A DNA stretch of 64,000 bases, taken from positions 12,276,001 through 12,340,000 of the forward strand of contig JBHGNT010000010.1 of NCBI GenBank assembly GCA_043228905.1, read 5' to 3'. The stretch comes from Azolla caroliniana (taxonomy: Eukaryota; Plantae; Polypodiophyta). Below, one piece after another: positions 50,201 to 63,000 of the stretch. Positions within the stretch are counted from its first letter, which is position 1. Each line of letters starts with the position of its first letter. Under the pieces are notes generated by a model. It did not search any database. It was not told the DNA's origin and saw nothing but the letters and a program-made list of their open reading frames with translations. The translations under genes were made by a program, and so were the position numbers.

Positions 50201-53200
50201 CCTTCCTTACTCACCACGTGCCCTAGCAAGTTGCCGCTTGCCACTCCAAAGACGCACTTGGCCGGATTCAGGCTCAATCGGTACTCGTGGCACTTCTCCA
50301 AGCACAGCCGGAGGTGATCGAGATGCTCTCCGTGCCGGCTGTAGACCGCGAAATCGTCAAGGAAGACCTGCATAAAACCGGGGATATATTCCCCGAAAAT
50401 TTCCATTATTATCCTTTGAAAGGTCGCTGGAGCCGTCTTTAGTCCGAACATCATCACGACCGCGACGAACACTCCCCATTCCGTCACGAACGTTGTCTTC
50501 TCTTGGTCGGCCGGGTTCATTCGTATTTGGTTGTAGCCGCTAAATCCATCCAGGAAGCTGTAAACTTCGTGGCCGGCTACCGCATCTAACACCCCGTCCG
50601 TAAATGGTAGTGGAAACCCATCGGTCACTGTTGCGGCATTTAGTTTTCGGTAGTCCACGCATACCCGGATTTTTCCATTCTTTTTCGGGACCACCACTAT
50701 CGGACTCAGCTAGGTTGCCTGCTTGACCGGTCGGATAAATCCGACCCGGAGGAGCTTATCAATTTCCTCCTTCACCTTTGCCGCATAATTTGGATTCATC
50801 CGGTACCTGCGTTGAGCAATCGGTTTCGCGTCCGTACTTAGGTGAATTTGGTGCTGATAGAGCTGGGGGTCCAGCCCTCGCATGTCTTCGTACGACCACG
50901 CGAACACATCCTTGAAGTCTGTTAATAATGCTACCATTGCCTTCTTTTCTTCCTTCGGCAATTCCTTTGCAACATTTACCGGTCGGGGCTTGTCTGCTGT
51001 GCCGAGGTCCACCTCCTCGAGTTGGGATGCTTTTACCCTCTGGGATATCGTCATTTCCCTCTCTAGGGATTCCTGCGCTTGTCGCAGTTCCCGGATCGCC
51101 GCTTGGTCCGGTTCTTTCGGCGTCGTAATGTACGGTTCTACTGCCGCCGTGATATCCACCTCAAATAGTGGGACGATTCGTGGGTGTTCCTCGAGGTACC
51201 GCTCGACTTCCTCGTCCGGTAATCCCTCCAACATGTTAATGCTTTCCGCATACAATGGAGTTGCTTCCTTACTAGTGATCACCCGTGGTTGCGTCGTTAC
51301 TCGTACCTTTGTTTTCCCTCGCCGGAATGTGATCATGTTCTTTTGCCAGTTCTGCTTGATATGCGCCGTTGGCAGCCATGGTCGTCCTAGCAGTAGGGGG
51401 TACGCGCCTTGTACATTCAGCTGCAGCACCACGGCCGATATCCGGAATACGTGGCCTCCGATCGTTATTTCCAAATCCCGGATAAGCCCGGTCGGTCAGA
51501 CTGAGCTAGTATCCGCCATGCGTAACCAGAAGGGGCATGGTTCCCATTCCCGGATGCCCAGGTCGTTGCATGTCTGTTGGCTAATGACATTTACCCCGGA
51601 GCCTCCGTCAATAATCGTTCCAGCAATTTCCTTTCCTTTCACGATTGCCGTGATCGCTGGGCTACTTGTATCGACCACCGCTGGTCCTTCCTCCGGGTTG
51701 GAGAAGAATGCCGGTGCTGGCGTCGGCTTCGGTTTGCTGACGGATGCCTGTAGGTCTGCCGTAAATCGTGGCACTAACTGTAGTAGTCGTGCTAACGGCA
51801 GCACGATTTGACAGTCCTGTAGCGCTTGCCACGTCGGGTTTTCTCCTGGCTGTATGATTTCTTCGTCTTTTCGCATATTTTGGTCTCTTACTTCTGCCGC
51901 ATTCTGTTCATTGGCCTCCTTGATCCATTGTGTTGCTTGTTTTCTGATTGCCTCCTGGGCTTCCCACTCGGCAGTCTTTCCCTTTAACCGGGTTGTGACC
52001 TGCTGTACTTTTGTTATTTCGGCTGTAACCATGTTGACTTCTGGCTGCTTGTCATAGCTTTTTCTTGGGCATTGGTTACTATAGTGGCCTTCCTTACGGC
52101 AGTAATAACAGTACACCTTGTGACTGTTGCTCGTTTCTCCTTTGTCCCCGGTTTGGAGGGTGGGTATGCTCCGGCAGTCGTCTTCGGTTTTTCGGTTATC
52201 CGGTACCGATACCGGGTTGTCATTCCTTGCTGCCTCCCGACGTTCCTCTCTTCGGAAAAATCCACGCTTCTGATTCCGTCGGAAATTTCGGTTCCCTTGT
52301 CGCCTCTCTTCTCTGCGTCGGTCGTATTCCGGGGATTCGTCTCGGTCGTACCGGTCCCGGGGTAGCTATCTTTGCGTCTCTCCTCTCGGTCATAGTTGTC
52401 GCGTCTTCTATCAGCGTATCCTTGTCGCCTCTCTTCTCTGCGTTGGTCATCTTCCGGGGATTCGTCTCTGTCGTACCGGTCCCGGGGGTAGCTTTCTCTG
52501 CGTCTCTCCTCTCGGTCATAGTTGTCGCGTCTTCTATCAGCGTATCTGTTACCGCGTTCGCGTTGGTAGCGGTCGTCTCTCCGGAATCGATCCTCGTCTG
52601 GGTTCTGATTGCGCGGTTCTATGTGTCGAACCGGTGCTGCCTGCCGATTTAACAGGTTATATTCACATCGGGAGTTGCAGATCACACATTGTGTCCGCAG
52701 GGTGCAGTCTACTGTTGAGTGCCCCGAATTTAGGCATGTTGTACATTGTAAGGCCTGTCGGAACCTCAGGTCTTCCTCCTTTGGGAGTGCCCGGTGTAAC
52801 ATCCCCATCGACAAGAAGGGGCTAGTCTTGTCCATTTCTAAAACCCGATCAATAACTTGGTCCATTGTGCTGGTTTGGAAATCAAGGACTCCGCACATTG
52901 TTCGAAGTGGCTCTTTCAGTGCGGCCAGAAAGACTTCTTTGGCTTCGTCTTCGGGTGGTGCTCTTGTCAGTTGGCTGTGCAAGGTCTGGAACCGAATGAT
53001 GAATTGTGGCACAGTCTCGTTCTCTTCCTGCCGGGTGGTGTAGAACTGCCCGACCAATTCCCTTTGCTCAAATTGTCTGTGAAAAAACCTGAGGAATTTG
53101 GCCTTCAAGGCATCGAATGTGGCAAAGCTGCCCGGTAAGTGCTTTGCGTGCCATTGGGCCGCCGGTCCTTCTAAGGTTATGCCGAATTCGGCGATTTTGG

Positions 53201-54329
53201 ATCGTTCGGCTTCGGGCTCCGTCAGTCTTTGGGAGATATGGTTGGCTTCCCATGTTTGGAGGAATGCGTACACGTGTGCCTCCGCGTCGGCCTCATCCCG
53301 GTACTTTGGGTATGGGTACGGCATCGTGTCGTCAAACTGACTCTCCTGTTTCCTCCGCTCTCTGTTCGCTGTTGGCGTTGGTGTGAGAACCTTTGGTTCC
53401 TCCGCGGGTGTTGCCGGTGTCCGGTCCGTTGGTTCCTCCGCGGGTGTTGTCGGTATCCGCTCCTTCGGTTCCTTCGCGGTTGTTGTCGGTATCCGGTCAG
53501 CCTTCCTCGGCGGTTGCCGGTCACCGAATTCCAGGGTTATTTCTTCCTCTGGCGCCGGTGTTACTGAGTCTTCCGACCCCTCGTCCTCCCGGTCGTTTGG
53601 TGTGTCGTGGCTGCTTTTATATCGGGACGCAACGCTTCCGTCGCTTTCCAACTCCGCCTCAAGTGTTGCGAATGCTTCCGAGTCCCCGTCGCCCGCGGCG
53701 AGCGTCTGCAGTATCGTTTCCGCCTCTTGCAGGCTTGTTATGCTACTGCCTTCGTCAGGGATTTGCAGAACCCGGAACTGCAGTGCTTCTTCTGCGACTC
53801 TCCGAAGAGTTTTGGAGAATGACCGATCCCGCTGGATCTCGTCGACGGCTTGCTGCAGGGCTTCCCGTCGTTGCTCGCGTTCGGTGTATCGTCTCCCTCG
53901 TTCGGTGATGTGGTCGTCGTTTGGTCTAGATATCCATCCCCCGGTTGTCCTCTGCACTTTGCAGGAATCATGGTCGCCAAAATAGTGTTGTCTGTCTGGC
54001 CGGACTAGCCTCAACACAGGTGTCTATCCGACACTTCTCCAAAGGGGTGGTAACGATTGGATGCTAGGTTACACGCGTAAGATGATTACAATTAAGCACA
54101 GACGGTACTTCCGTCAAAACCCTTTACAAATCATCGGATCCTTTTATAGGCATCCAGCAAGGTTACAATCGGTGCGCTTAGGCAACCGACATCCGAATCG
54201 GTCCGGATCCGGATCGGTACCACTGTACCGGATCCGTCCCTCTGAATAATAATTCTACTATTATTTACTTCCTATTATCCGATCCGATTCCGCCTTCCCA
54301 CTTGTCCTTGCTCTTCTGACCGGCCAACA
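44271..54329 (-). mobile_element. Full-length Gypsy element B (A-like lineage) with mutated gag-pol and accessory ORF
   Basis: LTRs at 44271-44660 and 53986-54329 (46-bp deletion in the latter). TSD ATGCG. PBS TGGCGACCA at 53971-53979. gag-pol at about 48089-53940; accessory ORF at about 44711-47614. Confidence 0.95.
44663..44702 (-). other. tRNA-Arg-like 3' segment at the PPT position of element B
   Basis: Element-sense GTGGATTCGA-AGTGCAAGGCACT-TTCCCAC-GAGCGTGCCA, then TG, then the LTR. Confidence 0.75.
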
Positions 54330-57067
54330 ATGCGAAGCCATATGGTTGAAGCGGCTACTTAAGGACCTGCAGGTGGAGGTGTCAGATCCGACGACGATCT
54401 ACTGTGACAACCTCAGCAGCATCCAGCTCGTGAAGAACCCCGTTTTCCACGCACGGACCAAGCACATTGAGGTGCACTACCATTTCGTCCGTGAGCGTGT
54501 CCTTTCCGGTGAAGTCGAACTTCAGTACGTGCCGACAGATCGGCAAACTGCTGACATCTTCACCAAGCCTCTTGGTCTGGACAAGTTGCGGCAATTCTTC
54601 GGTGCGCTCGGATTGCGTCACCTCAACGTGCCAAACTTGAGGGGGAGAACAGTCCCAAACGACCAAGGAAGGCAGCAGGAAAGGAGTAGAGACCGCGACA
54701 CCGAGTCGGTTGACTCGGTTGGTGACTCGGTTGTTAAGTTCGACTTCGGATCGACTAAAGAAGCCGAGGGCGAACCCGCGGAAAAGTCCGGAAGCGGACA
54801 GAAGGGGAGCAACCAAAGGAGAGAGCCGAAGCCAACCACGTATGGGGAAGATGACGGCATCGAGGGCGAGAAGACCGAAGACGAGTTGGAGACAGCCAAC
54901 TCGGACGAGAGCGAAAACCGATCGGAGGTAGCCGAGTCGGTTCGGATGTTTGATTCAGATACGCTGAATCAACCGAGGCCCAAGCAGAAGAAAAGGCCGC
55001 AGGAGAAGCGTCAACACCGCAACAACAGAAGAGCTGATAAGGGCCGCATGAGCAGACAAGCCGACCGGAAGGGTCGAAGCGCGCGGAGTCGAACAGGTTG
55101 AGGAGCGCGAGCAAGACGAGAAGCCAGGAGGAACCGGCGCTGTGAAGATCCCGAAGAGCCTCAAATTGAGCTTGAGGGGGAGTGTTGAGAGACAAGCTCA
55201 ACATCGGCCGGATCGGCTGAAGAAGCCGAGGACTGGATCGGTTGGGACCAATCGGTTAGGCCGAGTGCGTAAACCGGGAGGTCGTTAGGAAAGATATTCC
55301 GTGAGGAGTATATTTGGGAGTTAGTGTAGGAGCTCTTGATGAGCATTGAAGTACTGTCAATACTTCGGTCAGTCCTTCTAGGACTTGTAGAAAAGTGTTC
55401 ACTGAGCACGTCTTATGTACAGACTGAGTATTATTGTTGAATATAGTTTTTTGTGTCTTCTCTCTCACTCTCTCTGTCTCTCCTGCGTATAGCGTGTAAG
55501 CTCAAGCTCTCCATTGAACCTGAGTTTCCTTCCTTCTGTTCGGTCTTAATACCTGCTTCCGCACGCTACTTTCTACACTCTCCAAGGCCGAGGATGCCAC
55601 ATGCCCGAAGTCGTTCCTCCGCCCTTTTCTTCTTCCGTCCAACAACGTCAACTATCGTACACCCTCCGTTGTCGGAGAACCAAAATTTTCTACTTATAGT
55701 ACAGGGTTTCTTCGCTATCTTACACTTCTGGGGTTCTCCCGGAGTGTCCGGACTATCGCGGCCCCACGCCTTGATAGCCCTCTTCAAAAATCCTCCCTGC
55801 TTTCGCCCCCGAGGGTCTCGCGGTTCCTCTCATGGTTCGGTCTCACCGTCAGGAACTGGACCGAGTGGCGCCCATCCTAGCTCTTCACCCTCGCATAGGC
55901 CGAGCCGTTGTCCAGCACCTTGGTCTCCATTCGTGCTGTCGTGATGTACGGTTCTCCGAGTATAACAGGATGTGAGGACGTCTCCTGCACGAAGAAGTGT
56001 TGGTCAATTTCGACATCGCCGATCTTTACTCGTACGTTCGGGCAGGATCCATGCAGTTCCTCAGTGGCACGCGTTGCCGCCCGTATTTTCCACCCGTGCT
56101 TGGTGTTGATCGGCCATTTCCCCTTCTTATAGAAGTCCATGGACATCAAATTGATTTCTGAACTGTGGTCTACCAATGCCACCACCGGTTCATGAACATC
56201 TCCGATCTTCACTGGGGTCTCCGTGGTCGCTCTAGCCCAGTGCGGCCTCGAATAGTGGCTTTCCGCCAACTCATCTTCCAGCGCCATGTTCTCTATGTGC
56301 GTCGTCCGCACCTCCACCGGCTTTTCCGGTTCTGTCTCTGTCGACAGCCTCTTCCTCTTCACCAAGTCTACGATGGAGTCGTGGAACTCCTTCTTGGCGA
56401 TCCCGAGCACTTCCCTCAACGATAGCTCCACGTTGCTGTCGAGGATTCGTTCTTCTAGGACCTTTCGCAGGTCCGTGGATCTTTCGATTTCTGTGCTCAG
56501 CCGATACCCGCCCTTCTTGGGATTATCCTGGGCGCCGGATGCACCGGCCTCATTCCGCTTTTGCCTGAATTGAGTTTCATATCGTTGCGAGGGCCCGACC
56601 CCTCTAGGTTTCCCTACTCGCTTGTCCTCCACGAGAGCCTCGTAGTTTTGACAAGCGGCTTCGACGAAGCCCGTCTTTTCTTCCACTAGGTCACTCCACC
56701 CGGTTACCTTCCGGAGCCGTTTTTCCGCGCGGTTCACCTCTTCTTTCCTCAACCGTGCGCTGACGAGGCCTTCCAGCATTGTCGGCCAGAACCCGGCTTC
56801 GTTCGTCTTCGGGGCCTCGCCACCTCCGACCCGAATACCAGCTGACGCCGAGTAGTGGACTGTCTCCGCGTGACGAGCCGCCGCATCCTCCATCAGCCTT
56901 TTCATACCCCCTTGCTCGACGTTCAGGTTCAGGGCCCTTTGGGTCTCGCTGGCGTGCACCCGACCGTTCCACAGGTACACCACGTTGCTTCTCATCGCCT
57001 CGGCGAAGTCCCTGCAGTCCTTTCGGATGTGCCCAACCGCATCACACCACATGCACCTGTTTTCAGA

Positions 57068-57167
57068 NNNNNNNNNNNNNNNNNNNNNNNNNNNNNNNNN
57101 NNNNNNNNNNNNNNNNNNNNNNNNNNNNNNNNNNNNNNNNNNNNNNNNNNNNNNNNNNNNNNNNNNN
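57068..57167. other. Assembly gap (100 N)
   Basis: Run of N. Confidence 1.
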
Positions 57168-57454
57168 AAGAGATTAGGAGAGAAAATGGTTCATTCTTCA
57201 TTCATTCCCCATAAGGGGTTAAATAGTACAAGAGGGGGTAGTTACAAAGGGGTGTAAGCCCCATAGAGCATTCATACTGGACACTCACTCACACCTCATC
57301 GTATCCCTCCACATGCACACACGTGTGCATGTGTTCACATACATATCAACTCACAATTACATTTATGTTCCCTACACATATACAACATCATCATGATAAT
57401 ATTCGACCCTCGCTCATCACACTTGACTCTCCGTACAACTCGTACGGGGTAACA
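57168..57454. mobile_element. Probable LTR end of another element inserted in the gag of F, mostly hidden in the gap
   Basis: AT-rich sequence unrelated to F that ends ...GGGGTAACA, after which F gag resumes. Confidence 0.5.
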
Positions 57455-60007
57455 CCTACCTACTCCCGATCCCGCTCGTCAACCGACTTAACAAACATAG
57501 GACACGGCTTGTGTCCAGAACGGTCCGGTCAAGCACCGAGAGGCGCGCGAAGCGTTCCTCAAACTCCCGAGTCGGGGGTCTCCACCCACTCCATGAAGTC
57601 CCGCTTCGAAAGTCGAAGCGTATCTTCCAGCCCGTAACTTTCGAGGAGCCGACCTTCGAACTCCTCCCAGGTCCGGCTCTCGGCCCGTACCTCAAGCACC
57701 TCCGTATGGATACCCGGCATCGCCACTCGAGGGAATCCGGCTAGAAGCCTCTCTTCCGGGATGTCCCTCATTACCATCTCAGCCCGGTAGGATGCCAAGT
57801 AGCTCGTGGCATCCTTTCCACTAAACCGGCCGATTGTATCGACAACCACCTCGATAGCCCCTATCAAGGGCGCCGGTGCCTTCGCGTGCACTCACTATAC
57901 GGTCTACAGCCGAAGCCATGGCTTCTGCAAGGTCCGACCCCCTCATCTTCTACTCCTCTGCCGCCTGTTCACGTCGGGTTCACCAAATATGTCGCGTTGT
58001 TACGCACGTGCGTGGAGAACAAGGCGGGACCACTGGGGTCTTGGATCGAGGAATAGGTGAGGAAAGAGAGAGAGAGAGAGAGAGAGAGACGCTCACTCAC
58101 GTATAGACAAAGAAGCGCACGGGGACGCGGCACAACAACACAGGAGACACGAGCTGAGAACACTAGAGTATGTATGTAAATATAGGCATGTATTTGTAAG
58201 TATGCAAACGAATCAAACGGTTACAGCCGACCAGGTCGGCGAGGTGGATGCCGACGCCTAATCACCCACGCACACAGGAGAGCAAGATGAAGATTCTCCT
58301 AGAAGCACACGGGCATTCCACGGAGCAGAATCAGCCTCCTGAGAGCCTGTGCAAAAGAGAGCTATGGAGGACGACAAAGAAGAAGAGCTCGGTCCCAGTC
58401 CGACAGCACTTCGTTCCCTCTAGCGCACGATCCCCTCTCCCCCTCGTCTCCCTCTCCTTTATAGCTCAAGGAGGGAGAACGTTTCACCGTTTACATCACA
58501 TTAATTCTCTGTCCTTTCGGACAGAGATACTCCTCGATTTACCTTACAGAATATTGCTACCTAGGATTTAACCTTTGCGCCTACCTATCTACTTTATGAC
58601 AAGGGACGTGCCCACGTGTAAGGGCCGGTTCACACACATTATACATGGTTTGCGCCTGGGGACGGTTTTCTTCACGACACCGCGTGGATACAAAGTACAA
58701 GACTGTGGACCGGAAGGTGAGGCCAGTCGCGGCACCCTTAGCGGAGGGTAGCGAGGAGCGGATAAAAGGGGTTGCGTCGTTACGGAATCCGGCTGGCATA
58801 GGGCACCGGTTCACCGACATAACGCTACGGAAGCTCAAGGTCGGTGGGGGCGGCTTTCTACTACCGGTGGAGGAGGACCGGTTTCGGAGAATGCTCGGGA
58901 GGCACGGGAAGGCTTTCGCATTGTGACCGGAGGAGATCGGGTGCGTAGACCCGACAGTTGTTGAACTGATGGTGATCTTCACGGTACCGCATGTACCGTG
59001 GAATCTCAAGCCGATTCCGGTGCCGAGAGCTCACATCCCGAAGTTGATGGAGCTCACATTCCGAACCGTCGAGTTCCCCGTATTTGAATCGGTGGTTTAC
59101 GGTGCCGAAGAAGAACGGCACGCTGCGCTTCATTCAAGACCTACAACCGGTCAACAAGGTGACCATCCGTAATGCAGGGATCGGACCGACCATAGACGAG
59201 TTCGCGAAGGCCTTCGCTGGAAGGTCGATCTATTCTGTCGGTGATTTGTACTCGAGGTACGATCAGTTCCAACTAGCTGTGGAGAGCAGAGACATTACGA
59301 CGATGCAGACTTCTCTCGGCCTCGTGCGGATGTGTACCCTGCCACAAGGAGGGACGAACTCAGTGGCTCACATAGTGAACGCGATGAACAAAGTGCTCAG
59401 GGATTGTATCTTGGACATCACCATGCCATTCTTAGACGACATCCCGATCAGGGGATGCCCGGTGGAGAAAAAGGACGAGGCAATCGGGCCGGACGGATGT
59501 CGGAATTTCGTGGCGGCCCACATCGATGACTGCGAGAAGGTGCTGCAGAGACTAGAAGGCGTGAGGCTCACCTTCTCTGGGGAAAAGTCGGCCTTCGGGC
59601 AATCAGAGATCATGGTCGTCGGGCACCTATGCGGACCATACGGTCGGAAACTGTCTCTGGCCAAGGTAGAAGCCATCTCCGCGATGAAGAATGACTGCAA
59701 TTCGGTCACGGAGGTCCGCCGATTCTTGGGAGCATGCGCGTTCTACCACATCCGGATCCCGCACTACGCACATGTCGCTGAACCCCTCTACGGACTATTG
59801 AAAAATGAGCGTAGCTTTGAGTGGAGGACAGAGCACACAGAGTCAGTACGGAGACTAAAGGAGGCGCTTACGGTAGCGCCGGCTCTCCGTAAAGCGGTTT
59901 ACGACAAGGATGTTCCCATCTGCGTGACGGTGGACACTAGCCCGACCGGGATCGGGTGGGTAATCAGTCAGGAGGACAAGGACGACATACGATTCCCGAT
60001 CCGGTTA

Positions 60008-63000
60008 GGGGCGAAGGTATTGAGTGAGCGGCAGCGAGGATACGCCCAAGTTAAGCGTGAACTTTGGGGTGTCGTTTCGGCAGTCAAGGCCGACAAGGAT
60101 TATCTGATCGGGACGGAGGTGATCATCGAGACGGACTGCCTGCTGATACTCGGCATGGTTTCCGGATGCGCGACGCCGGACCTAGCAATGCTCCGGTGGA
60201 TAGCGTACATTAAGTCCCTGAACCCGGAGATACAACAACGCCATGGCCGACATGCTTTCGAGGGCAAGGTTCAACGACGAAGACGAAATGGCTTCTGTTG
60301 TCTGTCTGGCCGGACTAGCCTGAACACAGGTGTCTATCCGACACTTCTCCAAAGGGGTGGTAAGGATTGGATGCTAGGTTACACGCATAAGATGATTACA
60401 ATTAAGTACAGACGGTAAACAATACGAGATACAGATAAATACGCAATAATTGCTATTGTATTACTTCCGTCAAAACACTTTACAAATCATCGGATCCTTT
60501 TATAGGCATCCGGCAAGGTTACAATCGGTGCGCTTTGGCAACCGACATCCGAATCGGTCCGGATCCGGATCGGTACAACTGTACTTAATCCGTCCCTCGA
60601 ATAATAATTCTACTATTATTTACTTCCTATTATCCAATCCGATTCCGCCTTCCCACTTGTCCTTGCTCTTCTGACCGGCCAACACATGGCACGCCCGTGG
60701 GAAAGTGCCTTGCACTTCGAATCCACTCCCGGCCTCAGTCTTCCTCCAAAATATTGAGCACACTTTGCTCGATGGTGTCAAGTGGTGCTTCTTCCTCCTG
60801 TTCCTGTTCCTTGCCTGCCTGGTCTTCGACCTCCGGTTGGGTAGGCTGTTCCGTATCAATTTGCTGCTCCGGCTCTGCTTGATTCTGTGGTGCCGGTGCT
60901 TCCTGACCGCTTCGTCCGGGTTCTTCCTGTTCTCCCTCCGTTCCTGGCTCTGTTCTGTTACCGGTGTCGCTTTCTCCGGTCTCGACTGGTCGACTCGATA
61001 TGCCTCCTTCCTCTGCTCTGGTGTCTTCCGGTCTCAGCTCTTCTTCTTCTCCGGCATCGGTCTGCTCCTGCTCTTCTTCAAGTTCATCTTCGGGTATTCC
61101 TCGTCGGGGTTGTTCGGTGTCGGTTGGTTCATCTTCAGCCGGTCGCTCTCCCTTACTTATCGTGATTGGCGTTGTTCTTCCCTTAGCTTCCTGTCGTACC
61201 CGGTCCTGCTCGTATCTCTCCAACTCCAACTGATTTGCGAGCTGCCCGTCATCCAACCTCTCTACCAACCCTCGGATTTCTTTGAGGTGTTCTTTTGCTA
61301 AAGTGTAGAAATCCTCCGACAATTCTTCCCCAATAGCGACGATACTTTCTTCATCCATCTTGTAGAACCTGTCACCGGTCTTCCTCCGATTCTCGGCATC
61401 CGCTCGGAGTGTCTGCAGCTCGGCTGCCTGTTGTGACCACTCCTTCCATAGCTTTTCTGTACTTTCGTTGATGCTTGCCTGAGCTCGGGTACTCCATCTT
61501 CGGGGCGAAGGTATTGAGTGAGCGGCAGCGAGGATACGCCCAAGTTAAGTGTGAACTTTGGGGTGTCGTTTCGGCAGTCAAGGCCGACAAGGATTATCTG
61601 ATCGGGACGGAGGTGATCATCGAGACAGACTGCCTGCTGATACTCAGCATGGTTTCCGGATGCGCGACGCCGGACCTAGCAATGCTCCGGTGGATAGCGT
61701 ACATTAAGTCCCTGAACCCGGAGATACGACAACGCCATGGCCGACATGCTGTCGAGGGCAAGGTTCAACGACGAAGACGACATGGTTTCTGTTGTCTGTC
61801 TGGCCGGACTAGCCTCAATACAGGTGTCTATACGACACTTCTCCAAAGGGGTGGTAAGGATTGGATGCTAGGTTACACGCATAAGATGATAACAATTAAG
61901 CACAGACGGTAAACAATACGAGATACAGATAAATACGCAATAATTACTATTGTATTACTTCCGTCAAAACACTTTACAAATCATCGGATCCTTTTATAGG
62001 CATCCGGCAAGGTTACAATCGGTGCGCTTAGGCAACCGACATCCGAATCGGTCCGGATCCGGATCGGTACAACTGTTATCCTACTATTATTTACTTCCTA
62101 TTATCCGATCCGATTCCGCCTTCCCACTTGTCCTTACTCTTCTGACCGGCCAACACATGGCACGCCCGTGGGAAAGTGCCTTGCACTTCGAATCCACTCC
62201 CGGCCTCAGTCTTCCTCCAAAATATCGAGCACACTTTGCTCGATGGTGTCAAGTGGTGCTTCTTCCTCTTGTTCATGTTCCTTGCCTGCCTGGTCTCTGA
62301 CCTCCGGTTGGGTAGGCTGTTCTGTAAAAATTTGCTGCTCCGGCTCTGCTTGATTCTGTGGTGCCGGTGCTTCCTCACCGCTTCGTCCGGGTTCTTCCTG
62401 TTCTCCCTCCGTTCCTGGCTCTGTTCTGTTACCGGTGTCGCTTTCTCTGGTCTCGACTGGTCGACTCGATATGCCTCCTTCCTCTGCTCTGGTGTCTTCC
62501 GGTCTCAGCTCTTCTTCTTCTCCGGCATCGGTCTGCTCCTGCTCTTCTTCAAGTTCATCTTCGGGTATTCCTCGTCGGGGTTGTTCGGTATCGGTTGGTT
62601 CATCTTCAGCTGGTCGCTCTCCCTTACTTATCGTGATTGGCGTCGTTCTTCCCTTAGCTTCCTGTCCTACCCGGTCCTGCTCGTATCTCTCCAACTCCAA
62701 CTGAGTTGCAAGCTGCCCGTCATCCAACCTCTCTACCAACCCTCGGATTTCTTTGAGGTGTTCTTCTGCTAAAGTGTAGAAATCCTCCGACAATTCTTCC
62801 CCAATAGCGACGATACTTTCTTCATCCATCTTGTAGAACCTGTCACCGGTCTTCCTCCGATTCTCGGCATCCGCTCGGAGTGTCTGCAGCTCGGCTGCCT
62901 GTTGTGACCACTCCTTCCATAGCTTTTCCGTACTTTCGTTGATGCTTGCCTGAGCTCGGGTACTCCATCTTCGGGGCGAAGGTATTGAGTGAGCGGCAGC

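Larger units (their letters stand above)
40191..55577 (+). mobile_element. Copia element G: 5' LTR mostly deleted, split by Gypsy B
   Basis: About 40 bp of LTR end, then PBS TGGTATCAGAGC at 40232-40243. Gag-Pol with several stops at 40317-44270 and 54330-55101. PPT at 55169-55182; 3' LTR at 55183-55577. Confidence 0.92.
33650..58679 (-). mobile_element. Gypsy element F (same lineage as D), inserted antisense in D, with its RT-RH-INT core deleted
   Basis: 5' LTR 57990-58679. PBS TGGTGAACCCGACGTGAA at 57968-57985. 3' LTR 33650-34229 plus 39611-39716. PPT GGTGGGGGCGGA next to 39716. 4-bp TSD CCGC at 33646-33649 and 58680-58683. INT C-terminus at 39793-40190; gag-PR at 55784-57950. Confidence 0.9.
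30408..60295 (+). mobile_element. Gypsy element D (tRNA-Trp PBS family): LTR, gag-PR, then RT-RH after the F insertion
   Basis: LTR about 30408-31087. PBS TGGTGAACCCGATGTGAA at 31092-31109. gag at 31133- (CMWCDAVGHIRKDC), protease LVDHGSEIN. Resumes at 58680 (VDTKYKTVDRKVRPV) with RT LPQGGTNS/FLDD and RH VDTS/RELWG. Confidence 0.88.
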
